Of a stretch of DNA of 50,830 nucleotides, positions 44,014 through 50,830 are shown in pieces. The stretch is from an uncultured Nitrosomonadaceae bacterium. Lineage in GTDB: Bacteria; Pseudomonadota; Gammaproteobacteria; Burkholderiales; Nitrosomonadaceae. Position 1 is the first letter of the stretch, and each line of letters opens with the position of its first letter. The notes below the pieces were generated by a model. The model was given only the letters and a program-made list of their open reading frames with translations, had not been told where the DNA came from and searched no databases. A program made the translations under genes and the position numbers. The DNA is taken from the NCBI GenBank assembly GCA_905612245.1, contig CAJQRL010000008.1, forward strand, positions 1 through 50,830, read 5' to 3'.

Positions 44014-44616
44014 TTAGTGACCACCGTGGTCATCACCACCTTTTTTCATTTCATGGTGGCCGCCGTGGTCATCACCACCTTTTTTCATTTCATGGTGGCC
44101 GCCATGGTCATCAACACTTTTTTCCATTTTATGATGATCACCGTGATTATCACTGTGCTGATCATGAGAATCAGCATGATCATCTGACTCTTCTTTTGGT
44201 TGTTTGCTTTTATCTGCCGGCTTTAGTGGAGTAAAACTAGCAGCCTGTGCATCCTGCTCTGGCAGCTTAATAAAAACCATAATCTTTGTTTCAGGAGTAA
44301 CTACAAAATTACCTTTCCCCTTAAATGAATTGTCACCTTTAGGTTGTAATTTAACTGTTGTTTTAGTTTTTCCAGTTTGCACAGTAGCTTTGCCTATCCC
44401 CCCCTCAATACTAATTTTAGCGTTTGCATGATCTGTTATATATAGAACTATCTCCTTATCCTTGGTTATAATTTCCATATGATAAGGACCGGCCATACGC
44501 ATTTGCCCGCCATTAGGCGCATCAACCGTATCAAAATACTCGTCAGTATGAGACCAGGCTAAAGATGAAAACATTAATAAAATGAACGGTAGAATAAAAA
44601 CTCTTGATTTATTCAT
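44014..44616 (-). CDS. Secreted protein with a C-terminal His/Asp-rich tandem repeat; candidate periplasmic metal (copper) binding protein
   Basis: 200 aa. AGGAG lies 8 nt upstream of the ATG. Signal peptide (cleavage around AWS-HT), a beta-rich core of roughly 115 aa, then the tail DHADSHDQHSDNHGDHHKMEKSVDDHGGHHEMKKGGDDHGGHHEMKKGGDDHGGH. Located 46 bp downstream of copD. Confidence 0.8.
   Translation of the reverse strand: MNKSRVFILPFILLMFSSLAWSHTDEYFDTVDAPNGGQMRMAGPYHMEIITKDKEIVLYITDHANAKISIEGGIGKATVQTGKTKTTVKLQPKGDNSFKGKGNFVVTPETKIMVFIKLPEQDAQAASFTPLKPADKSKQPKEESDDHADSHDQHSDNHGDHHKMEKSVDDHGGHHEMKKGGDDHGGHHEMKKGGDDHGGH
44024..44140. repeat. 39-bp tandem repeat: two perfect units plus one diverged unit
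   Basis: Units start at 44024, 44063 and 44102 (CCGTGGTCATCACCACCTTTTTTCATTTCATGGTGGCCG). They encode the 13-aa unit DHGGHHEMKKGGD. Confidence 0.92.
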
Positions 44617-44662
44617 TTTTTTCTCCTAAACAATTGAATCGAATATAAGTCTGTACGTATAC

Positions 44663-46690
44663 TTAATGCACCATATCGTCTGGTGGTGGCAGAATTTCTT
44701 TTTCTTGCTTTAGTTGTGCAATTTGCTTCATTAATAAGCTCATATTTGACCAACCATCTCCGTCGGCCACAGGAATCCAACGTGCCCGTAAATACCCAAA
44801 ACGATCTACCAAAAATTCTAAATGGTCAGGGACATCTCCCTCTCCTAGAAGATCGGGTCGCCCTAGCGTCCTGCGATATAGAATATAACTTTGTGTAATT
44901 TGCTTTGCTCCTTGTATTACAACTGGAAAAGGCACTTCTGCTGTAATTTCTGCCAGACTTTTTGAATCAAGGTCGTGCATAGGGATAGCAAGTACTTCTG
45001 CATTACCGTCTCCTAGCTTATCGTAATCCAATTTCAGCTGATCAAGTCGCGCGCGTGACTCTGGCCAGGAAAATAAAACTAATAAAACAGATTTCTTGTA
45101 CCTAAAATCTTGAAGTATTCCGTGTGAATCATCATGAGCGGTATACGAAAAATTAGGGGGGCCGTTAGAAGGCTCATCAGGAATGACTTTAGGGCCCATG
45201 AGACGCGCCTGATAGCCACGAGACATGGCATGAATATAGTTTACTACATCCCAACGACCTTCTTCATCGAGCTTATCTTCAAAACCTGGCATGCCTGTAT
45301 CTGGTATACCCTTGCTTAGCCAGTTGAAGAAGTCTCCCGCTGTATGCAATTCTGTGTGGGGTTCTGTTAGTAGATCTGCGGGGGGCTTGGTAAAACTTTT
45401 TGCCAGAACACCATTGCCTTTGCCCTGAGGCCCATGGCAGGTTACACAATTCTCTGCAAAATAACCCGAACCGTTAGTAATTGAAATAGAATCAAATGGA
45501 ACTGGAGTATTTCGATATGTTTCAGGGTATGCCTGAACGGCTAGTGGCGGCAACATTACAGCAAATGCGCTTACTACAACTACCCCTGAGGTCCCTATAC
45601 TTCGAAGTAATGCCCAATTCTTAATTCTGCCAAATATGATTAGTCCCCCTGCCAGCAGTAGCAAAGAAGCTCCTAACATAACTTGTGTTTGTACAGATGG
45701 ATCTTCCCAGGTTGCGTTGATAGAAAAACGAAACGAATAAGGCCACTCCTCTATAAGAGCATGTTTTGCCGGAATGGTATTTGCTAATATAGTTGCCAAT
45801 AATACTATTACTCCAGCAATCATAAATTCAATGCGAACCCATTTTCTTAAATTTTGCCCGCCGATCGCTGCCAAGGCTTGACCTTGACTAAGAGCTGGGA
45901 GCCAGGTTGAGCGTGCACGTAAAGCAATTATCAATACCAATATAAGTAGGCTAATTTTAGTAAGAAGAAGCCAACCATATTCAGTCGCGACTAAAGCTCC
46001 GTATAATGTGTCTACTGCACGATCTGCAACAATCACACCTGTTGCAACTATGCCCAGCATTACTGGCATCGCTATAATCGAAAATCTTTTTAAGGTTTGT
46101 ATACCAGACTGATCAACTTCTTGGCTTGATTGCCCATCCTTCTTGGTGAATAAAATCAAGAGAAAAGCAGGTAAGGCCCCGAACCATACTCCAGCCAGAA
46201 CTATGTGAAGTGCATATGGAAGGATTGATACAACTGACATCTCCTCTGCTGCAGCGTGACTTGCAAGCGAACCAACTGATAAGGTTATGATAGCTAATGT
46301 TGCACATAACACGTAGCGCCATTGGGTCCTGTTTGAAGATGAGCTCCGGATAAGGAGTGCTGCCCCTAATGCTAGAATTGCAAAACCCTCGCGCCACATC
46401 CAAACATGTCCAGTACGAGTTTTGGTCAGGAATGCGTACCAAGCGCCTGGTTGCCAGGCATGCTCAGTTACTCCTGTTGCTAGGGCTGATGAAATTGCGA
46501 GTAGCGCTAATAGCCCTATTACAAGGATTCCTGCTATCCATGGAAGGAGCCGCTCCAGACGGGTAACCCATGGGCTTGAAATAACTACTCTGTTATAGGC
46601 TGATATTGCAAGAAAGATACTACTGCCTATCAAGACCATGTTCGCCGCTAACTGAATCCAACGGACAATTGCAGCTATGATCTCGATCAT
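44663..46690 (-). CDS. copD: CopD-family membrane protein fused to a cytochrome c domain and a C-terminal thioredoxin-fold-like domain
   Basis: 675 aa with about 10 TM helices (CopD-like) and a single CVTCH haem c motif. The C-terminal ~200 aa resemble a Cys-less redoxin fold. The start overlaps the copC stop (ATGA). Confidence 0.85.
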   Translation of the reverse strand: MIEIIAAIVRWIQLAANMVLIGSSIFLAISAYNRVVISSPWVTRLERLLPWIAGILVIGLLALLAISSALATGVTEHAWQPGAWYAFLTKTRTGHVWMWREGFAILALGAALLIRSSSSNRTQWRYVLCATLAIITLSVGSLASHAAAEEMSVVSILPYALHIVLAGVWFGALPAFLLILFTKKDGQSSQEVDQSGIQTLKRFSIIAMPVMLGIVATGVIVADRAVDTLYGALVATEYGWLLLTKISLLILVLIIALRARSTWLPALSQGQALAAIGGQNLRKWVRIEFMIAGVIVLLATILANTIPAKHALIEEWPYSFRFSINATWEDPSVQTQVMLGASLLLLAGGLIIFGRIKNWALLRSIGTSGVVVVSAFAVMLPPLAVQAYPETYRNTPVPFDSISITNGSGYFAENCVTCHGPQGKGNGVLAKSFTKPPADLLTEPHTELHTAGDFFNWLSKGIPDTGMPGFEDKLDEEGRWDVVNYIHAMSRGYQARLMGPKVIPDEPSNGPPNFSYTAHDDSHGILQDFRYKKSVLLVLFSWPESRARLDQLKLDYDKLGDGNAEVLAIPMHDLDSKSLAEITAEVPFPVVIQGAKQITQSYILYRRTLGRPDLLGEGDVPDHLEFLVDRFGYLRARWIPVADGDGWSNMSLLMKQIAQLKQEKEILPPPDDMVH

Positions 46691-47091
46691 TTGTTTTCTA
46701 CTTTACTCTTTACCGTGTAGTTGAAAGTAGAATCAACAACGTGACCATCTACTGATAGCACCCTGAACTTAACCGTATATTTCCCGGGTTTGGTTTCAGG
46801 CATTGGAAGAATAATTGATTTAGGATCATCTGCAACTACTTTTGGCTTCGCATCTGTAACCAATTTTTTATTAGAGCCAGAAACTGTCAGTGTAGTATAT
46901 GCACCCTCAATTTCTTCATTAAACCATAGCCTTATTTGGGCAGGTGCTTTATCTAAAGCTGCTCTACGTGCTGGCTCTGCTTTAATTAACTGAGCATGTG
47001 CTAATACTGGCGAAGTCTGTGCCCACATTGAGGCAACTATAGCAACGCCTATCATTACACGTAAAAATACTGTTAATTTTACTGATTCCAT
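46687..47091 (-). CDS. copC: Periplasmic copper-binding protein CopC
   Basis: 134 aa with a signal peptide. The mature N-terminus begins at His (A-HAQLIKAEP), and SVDGH lies near the C-terminus. Confidence 0.88.
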   Translation of the reverse strand: MESVKLTVFLRVMIGVAIVASMWAQTSPVLAHAQLIKAEPARRAALDKAPAQIRLWFNEEIEGAYTTLTVSGSNKKLVTDAKPKVVADDPKSIILPMPETKPGKYTVKFRVLSVDGHVVDSTFNYTVKSKVENK

Positions 47092-47203
47092 ATTGGCCTC
47101 TATAGCAGGACTACATTTACTAAGTTTTTCACTGTCAGTACGTATACTTTTGACAGATTCTTTCTTATATGGTTCGATTCTTTATAGTAGCAATGTTGCT
47201 TTA

Positions 47204-47779
47204 TTATGCCGCGCTACTATCCTTAGGTTTTTTACCGACCCTAAATAAGAAGAATCCACCTAGACTTAGTGCTGCTACCATAGCCATAACCAAACCAGAC
47301 GGCATACTACTTGAGCCTTCTCCTACTGAGAACGGGAAACGTGAGACATGCTCTCCATCTTTACCAGTTGTTACTAGGCCAATAAATTTACCTGGTTCTT
47401 TAAAATTATGCTCAAAATTAATCGATCCATTTGAGTAGACTTTAGCCGGCATGTGTAGAATTGTGATGCTGTCTATGTCATCTTCAGATCCCGTGTCTCT
47501 AATTACCCGCACTTCAGTTGGCAATGGTCGTAGTGCTTCTTCTATATAATCAAGCGCCACTACTGTACGGCCTGTTACAGGTATGTCTTCACAGAACTCT
47601 TTTTCTTTTGAGCTATTTGGCTGATAGCCAGTAAAATGCATCATATACGGCCCAATTGTGAGTTTACACATGTCGTCGGCAAGTGAGAGTCCGCCATGAG
47701 CCTGTACTTGAGTTGTAAATGAAAACCCTACTGTTAGTACTAGGGAGAGTAAAATAGGCCGCATATATTGTAAAAACAT
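47204..47779 (-). CDS. amoD: AmoD (orf5), PmoD/AmoD family periplasmic copper protein with a C-terminal TM anchor
   Basis: Paralogue of the upstream gene, positioned after amoE as in amoCABED. The start is placed at ATG 47779, preceded by AAGGA; the track ORF extends to TTG 47806. Confidence 0.85.
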   Translation of the reverse strand: MFLQYMRPILLSLVLTVGFSFTTQVQAHGGLSLADDMCKLTIGPYMMHFTGYQPNSSKEKEFCEDIPVTGRTVVALDYIEEALRPLPTEVRVIRDTGSEDDIDSITILHMPAKVYSNGSINFEHNFKEPGKFIGLVTTGKDGEHVSRFPFSVGEGSSSMPSGLVMAMVAALSLGGFFLFRVGKKPKDSSAA

Positions 47780-47871
47780 TAGTAAAATCCTTTTATAAGA
47801 TTGCAAATTTACGCTAATTTTCTTTATCTAACTTATTCTTTAATATTATTGAGTGATTTATTATATATATT

Positions 47872-48450
47872 TTAGGAACGTTTAGATGCTAGCCATTTCT
47901 GCACTTTTTTTGTTTTTGTTATTTTATAGCCAACAAATATTAGTACTAGAAAAGCAATTGTAGGTCCTATTGCTTCCTGAAATAACTTTGAATAATTTAC
48001 CATTTGTACCCGTAATGGGTAGCTATGTTCAACAGGCGGAACTGCTTCGCCTTTTATTATTACTGTATATCTTCCTTGTTCAAGATATACTTTTTGACTA
48101 AGTGATCCGCTCTTATAAAAAGCAGGTTTCACGGTTTTGATTGTTTCGCTATCCGCATCACCAGTTCCTTTTACTATTCTTATCCCCACTGGCATATCAC
48201 GCAAGGCTTTATCAACAAGATCTATTACTAGATATGTTTCGCCTACGTTAGGAATTTCCGTACAATAATGTGAACTGGGCTCAATTGTAGGCTGATAAAC
48301 ACTCATATGGATCATGCTGCCACCGCCAGCTCGACGCATACAGCTGTCCTGCTCCATCGCTACGTTTCCATGAGCGCCTGCCACACCTGTGTGAAGCGAC
48401 ATCATTAGAATAAAAGCTGTTGCACTTGCCCGTATTGCTTGCTTTACCAC
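47872..48450 (-). CDS. amoE: AmoE (orf4), PmoD/AmoD family paralogue
   Basis: 192 aa. GTG start with AGGAG 9 nt upstream, a signal peptide and a C-terminal TM helix. First gene after amoB. Confidence 0.85.
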   Translation of the reverse strand: MVKQAIRASATAFILMMSLHTGVAGAHGNVAMEQDSCMRRAGGGSMIHMSVYQPTIEPSSHYCTEIPNVGETYLVIDLVDKALRDMPVGIRIVKGTGDADSETIKTVKPAFYKSGSLSQKVYLEQGRYTVIIKGEAVPPVEHSYPLRVQMVNYSKLFQEAIGPTIAFLVLIFVGYKITKTKKVQKWLASKRS

Positions 48451-48558
48451 GGACGAATCTCCTGTTTGATATTACAACGGTCGTTGTTTTACTTTGTTCA
48501 CTAATTCTTATTAATTCAATCTAATTATTACGTAGACATCATAAATATTTTGTTCATT

Positions 48559-48606
48559 AAAAAAAACCGATCCACCATCCCGTCATATGACGGGGGAGCG
48601 GATCGG
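48559..48606 (-). terminator. Strong rho-independent terminator between amoB and amoE
   Basis: On the coding strand: outer stem CCGATCC/GGATCGG enclosing inner stem CCCGTCA/TGACGGG, followed by T8 (A8 at 48559-48566 on the plus strand). Begins 19 nt after the amoB stop. Confidence 0.85.
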
Positions 48607-48624
48607 CGTCTTGCCTGTCTTACC

Positions 48625-49890
48625 TTATAGCTTGGTAAAGACCGGAATCACAGGACCATGTATGCTGTTGATGTTGCGATCACCTGCGTCAGTCCAGGTC
48701 ATTAGCAAACCACCAAAACGACTTTCTGGATCACCCATAAGTGCCATCAGACGTTGTACTTCCCATAGTGCATCCTTAGCTTCCATTTTCACTTCACGGG
48801 TTTCACCGGGTTCGATTGGCGTAGTGTTTGCCAATGATAGTCCGGTTGCCACGAGTTCTCTCGGATAGAATTTATCGAGATGCTTGAGGCCTACCTTATT
48901 AATGAACCTTACACCTGCTGTGGTAAATTCACCGATTCTTACGGCTTCATCTCCACTATTGGTGATCATCATGGTTACACGAAGAGCGCGACCTGGTACA
49001 TCATAGTTCGCATTCGTCACTTTAACCGCGATTGGATTAGGTTTCACTGGAAGAGGCTTGATCTTTGTTTCGCCCGCTTGAAGAGGAACAGTATACGGAT
49101 GTTTGTTTTCCGTATAGCTATAACCAAACCACACAAGTCCGAAAGTCAAGATCATGAAGAGGGCACCAAATTTGGTGTCCACTGGATCAATCAAATCTTC
49201 GTCCCCGTATGCCAATAGAACACGGCTACGTGGTAGGAACATCGGACGAGCAACAAACCAACCAATCCAGATAACCCCTAAGGCCATCCATATTGAATGC
49301 CACATAACACCGTTGGCATGATTGAATGTTTCTGAGTCAATGGTATCCCCTGTCAACAACTTGATCGGGTTCTTAAAGTCAGCCCAGTCACCTGAGATGC
49401 TCATCCAAGAACCTGGTCCAGCAATTGGTCCCGCATCCTTAACGTTTACCATCGCATGTATATGGTGACGTCCTGGAATACGAGCTTTCAGTCTAGCTAC
49501 AAACTCATAATCCCGACCAATTTCCATTGGTCCAGCAATAAATGCTGGTTCACCGTTTAGCGTTACGCTTAAACGAACAAATACTGGACTTGGGCTACCC
49601 ACGTTGAAGAAAGCACGGTGTGGTTTACCAACTGCAGCTGGCCAATCTTCTGCTAGGTGAAACCTACCCCGCATAATAGCCACTTCGTTGACTTTAGTTG
49701 CTTTACCACCCTTCGCTTCTTCACCCCACTCTACGTCATACCACTGAATGGTACGCATACGCAGGAATGGTTCCTGTGAACGTTCACCATGCGCAGCTAC
49801 AGGAGCTACATCAGCAACTAGAGCGAGAGCAAGTGTCGCCATTCCGGCGATTCCAAGGACGAATCCTTTAAATAATTTATTTGTTTTCAT
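48625..49890 (-). CDS. amoB: Ammonia monooxygenase subunit B
   Basis: 421 aa with a signal peptide, then the mature N-terminus [14 protein letters not shown] (the copper-binding N-terminal His of AmoB/PmoB). Confidence 0.97.
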   Translation of the reverse strand: MKTNKLFKGFVLGIAGMATLALALVADVAPVAAHGERSQEPFLRMRTIQWYDVEWGEEAKGGKATKVNEVAIMRGRFHLAEDWPAAVGKPHRAFFNVGSPSPVFVRLSVTLNGEPAFIAGPMEIGRDYEFVARLKARIPGRHHIHAMVNVKDAGPIAGPGSWMSISGDWADFKNPIKLLTGDTIDSETFNHANGVMWHSIWMALGVIWIGWFVARPMFLPRSRVLLAYGDEDLIDPVDTKFGALFMILTFGLVWFGYSYTENKHPYTVPLQAGETKIKPLPVKPNPIAVKVTNANYDVPGRALRVTMMITNSGDEAVRIGEFTTAGVRFINKVGLKHLDKFYPRELVATGLSLANTTPIEPGETREVKMEAKDALWEVQRLMALMGDPESRFGGLLMTWTDAGDRNINSIHGPVIPVFTKL

Positions 49891-50720
49891 TATTTTATAG
49901 TCTCCGGAAATCCTTCTTCACCAAAAGCGGTAACATCTTCTTTTTCTGAGATGCGACCTCTAGGGCCTTTAACGTAATAGAACGATGTGCAATAGAACCT
50001 TCCTAGGTACCACCATACAACGAACATTAGCATTGATACGAAAGCAGCAAAGAATGCAGCAATTACCGTAGTATGACCACCGAAGGTACGTAGTGATCCT
50101 TGCTCGATTAAACGAACATACTCAGGTGTACCAGTACGAACATAAAGGAAACCAGTGTAATCAGATAATGATAGCAATACACCTTCAACTACTAGTGGAA
50201 GATGAGTTGGTCCAAAGATCGGCCAGTTACCTGGGTAGAACAATAGTCCAAATGCTCCGCCACCGAATAGTGCTGTAATCATCCAGTTGCGAGTCAACAA
50301 TAGACATGTGTCCATGACTAGCGCTCCAGGAATCATCGTGGATGGCAATACAAAATTGATCGGATAATGTGACCACCAGTAGAAACCCCAGTAGCGAGTT
50401 AACCATTCACCAGTAAGCAAGCAAACAACACAAAGTGTTGCGCCGAATGGCTGGCGGTAATTTACCCAGAGGTAATACATGATAGTTGAACAATAGGTTA
50501 TTCCTACAATAGGAGTAACAACCGGCCACCATTGACGATCTTTCCAGTCAAGCCAGAAATCCCAATCGCCTGCAAGTAGCATGAAATGCATGTGGTATGT
50601 ACCAACTAAAAGTATGCATAAGATCGGAAAGTAAATCAGATCTATATGCCTGGACATGCTCACCGCTTCCGGTGGCATTTTTGCCAGCTTTATAATTTTT
50701 TCTGTTTGAAATATTGCCAT
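49890..50720 (-). CDS. amoA: Ammonia monooxygenase subunit A
   Basis: 276 aa, near-identical in long stretches to betaproteobacterial AmoA ([28 protein letters not shown]). GGGGGA RBS. Its stop overlaps the amoB start. Confidence 0.98.
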   Translation of the reverse strand: MAIFQTEKIIKLAKMPPEAVSMSRHIDLIYFPILCILLVGTYHMHFMLLAGDWDFWLDWKDRQWWPVVTPIVGITYCSTIMYYLWVNYRQPFGATLCVVCLLTGEWLTRYWGFYWWSHYPINFVLPSTMIPGALVMDTCLLLTRNWMITALFGGGAFGLLFYPGNWPIFGPTHLPLVVEGVLLSLSDYTGFLYVRTGTPEYVRLIEQGSLRTFGGHTTVIAAFFAAFVSMLMFVVWWYLGRFYCTSFYYVKGPRGRISEKEDVTAFGEEGFPETIK

Positions 50721-50810
50721 TTTTCCCCCTTCAGGTACGTCGTATGTTCTTAAACATAAAAATAATAAACCGTCCCTTCTCTTAACTATTTACTTGCTGG
50801 TCACCTGACC

Positions 50811-50830
50811 CTGCTCTCATCAGAGAGCAG
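50811..50830 (-). other. Perfect 8-bp stem / 4-nt loop hairpin in the amoC-amoA intergenic region (truncated by the window end)
   Basis: CTGCTCTC-ATCA-GAGAGCAG, located 91-110 nt upstream of the amoA ATG. Confidence 0.6.

Noticed and set aside
44010-44234. Plus-strand 74-aa ORF with repeated HRGHHHLFSFHGG units.
   Set aside because: It is the mirror image of the 39-bp tandem repeat. The minus-strand frame has an RBS, a signal peptide and a full-length 200-aa ORF, so the plus-strand frame is taken as an artefact of the repeat.
48587-48868. 93-aa plus-strand ORF spanning the amoB 3' end and the terminator.
   Set aside because: It is antisense to amoB and starts inside the terminator hairpin. 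It has no RBS and no motifs.

Overview
The window is mostly conserved core genome from an AT-rich betaproteobacterial ammonia oxidiser, Nitrosomonas-like. That assignment is inferred from the AmoA/AmoB sequences and the gene order. All calls rest on motif and synteny recognition from memory; no searches were run. Nearly all genes lie on the minus strand. In increasing coordinates the content is: prlC; the pyrimidine cluster yqgE-ruvX-pyrR-pyrB-pyrC'; a glutaredoxin-like gene and ytoQ. Next comes an accessory-looking stretch (7.3-10.8 kb) directly downstream of glmS. It holds four paralogous secreted MORN-variant (YwqK-like) repeat proteins, an embedded yhbY, and a recombinase-domain-only ORF pressed against the glmS stop. 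The window continues with glmU-glmS and the full atpIBEFHAGDC operon, in E. coli-like synteny; yggS, a ferredoxin, coaD and rsmD; and a pair of M16 peptidases, one carrying a G12 tract, with a TTTAA microsatellite between them. It then runs through ftsYEX-rpoH; mlaFEDCB plus an ABC-2 exporter and ibaG; a DUF3426 gene, prmA, accBC and aroQ; a tRNA-Thr; mtnP, yqhA and an MFS gene. The last section is the distal part of an ammonia monooxygenase supercluster, amoA-amoB-amoE-amoD-copC-copD, followed by an uncharacterised secreted His-rich tandem-repeat protein; amoC lies beyond the window edge. No CRISPR array, intact mobile element or recognisable defence system is present. The most interesting leads are the His-rich protein and a motif it shares with the copC upstream region, the three-domain CopD, and the recombining MORN cassette family at the glmS 3' hot spot.
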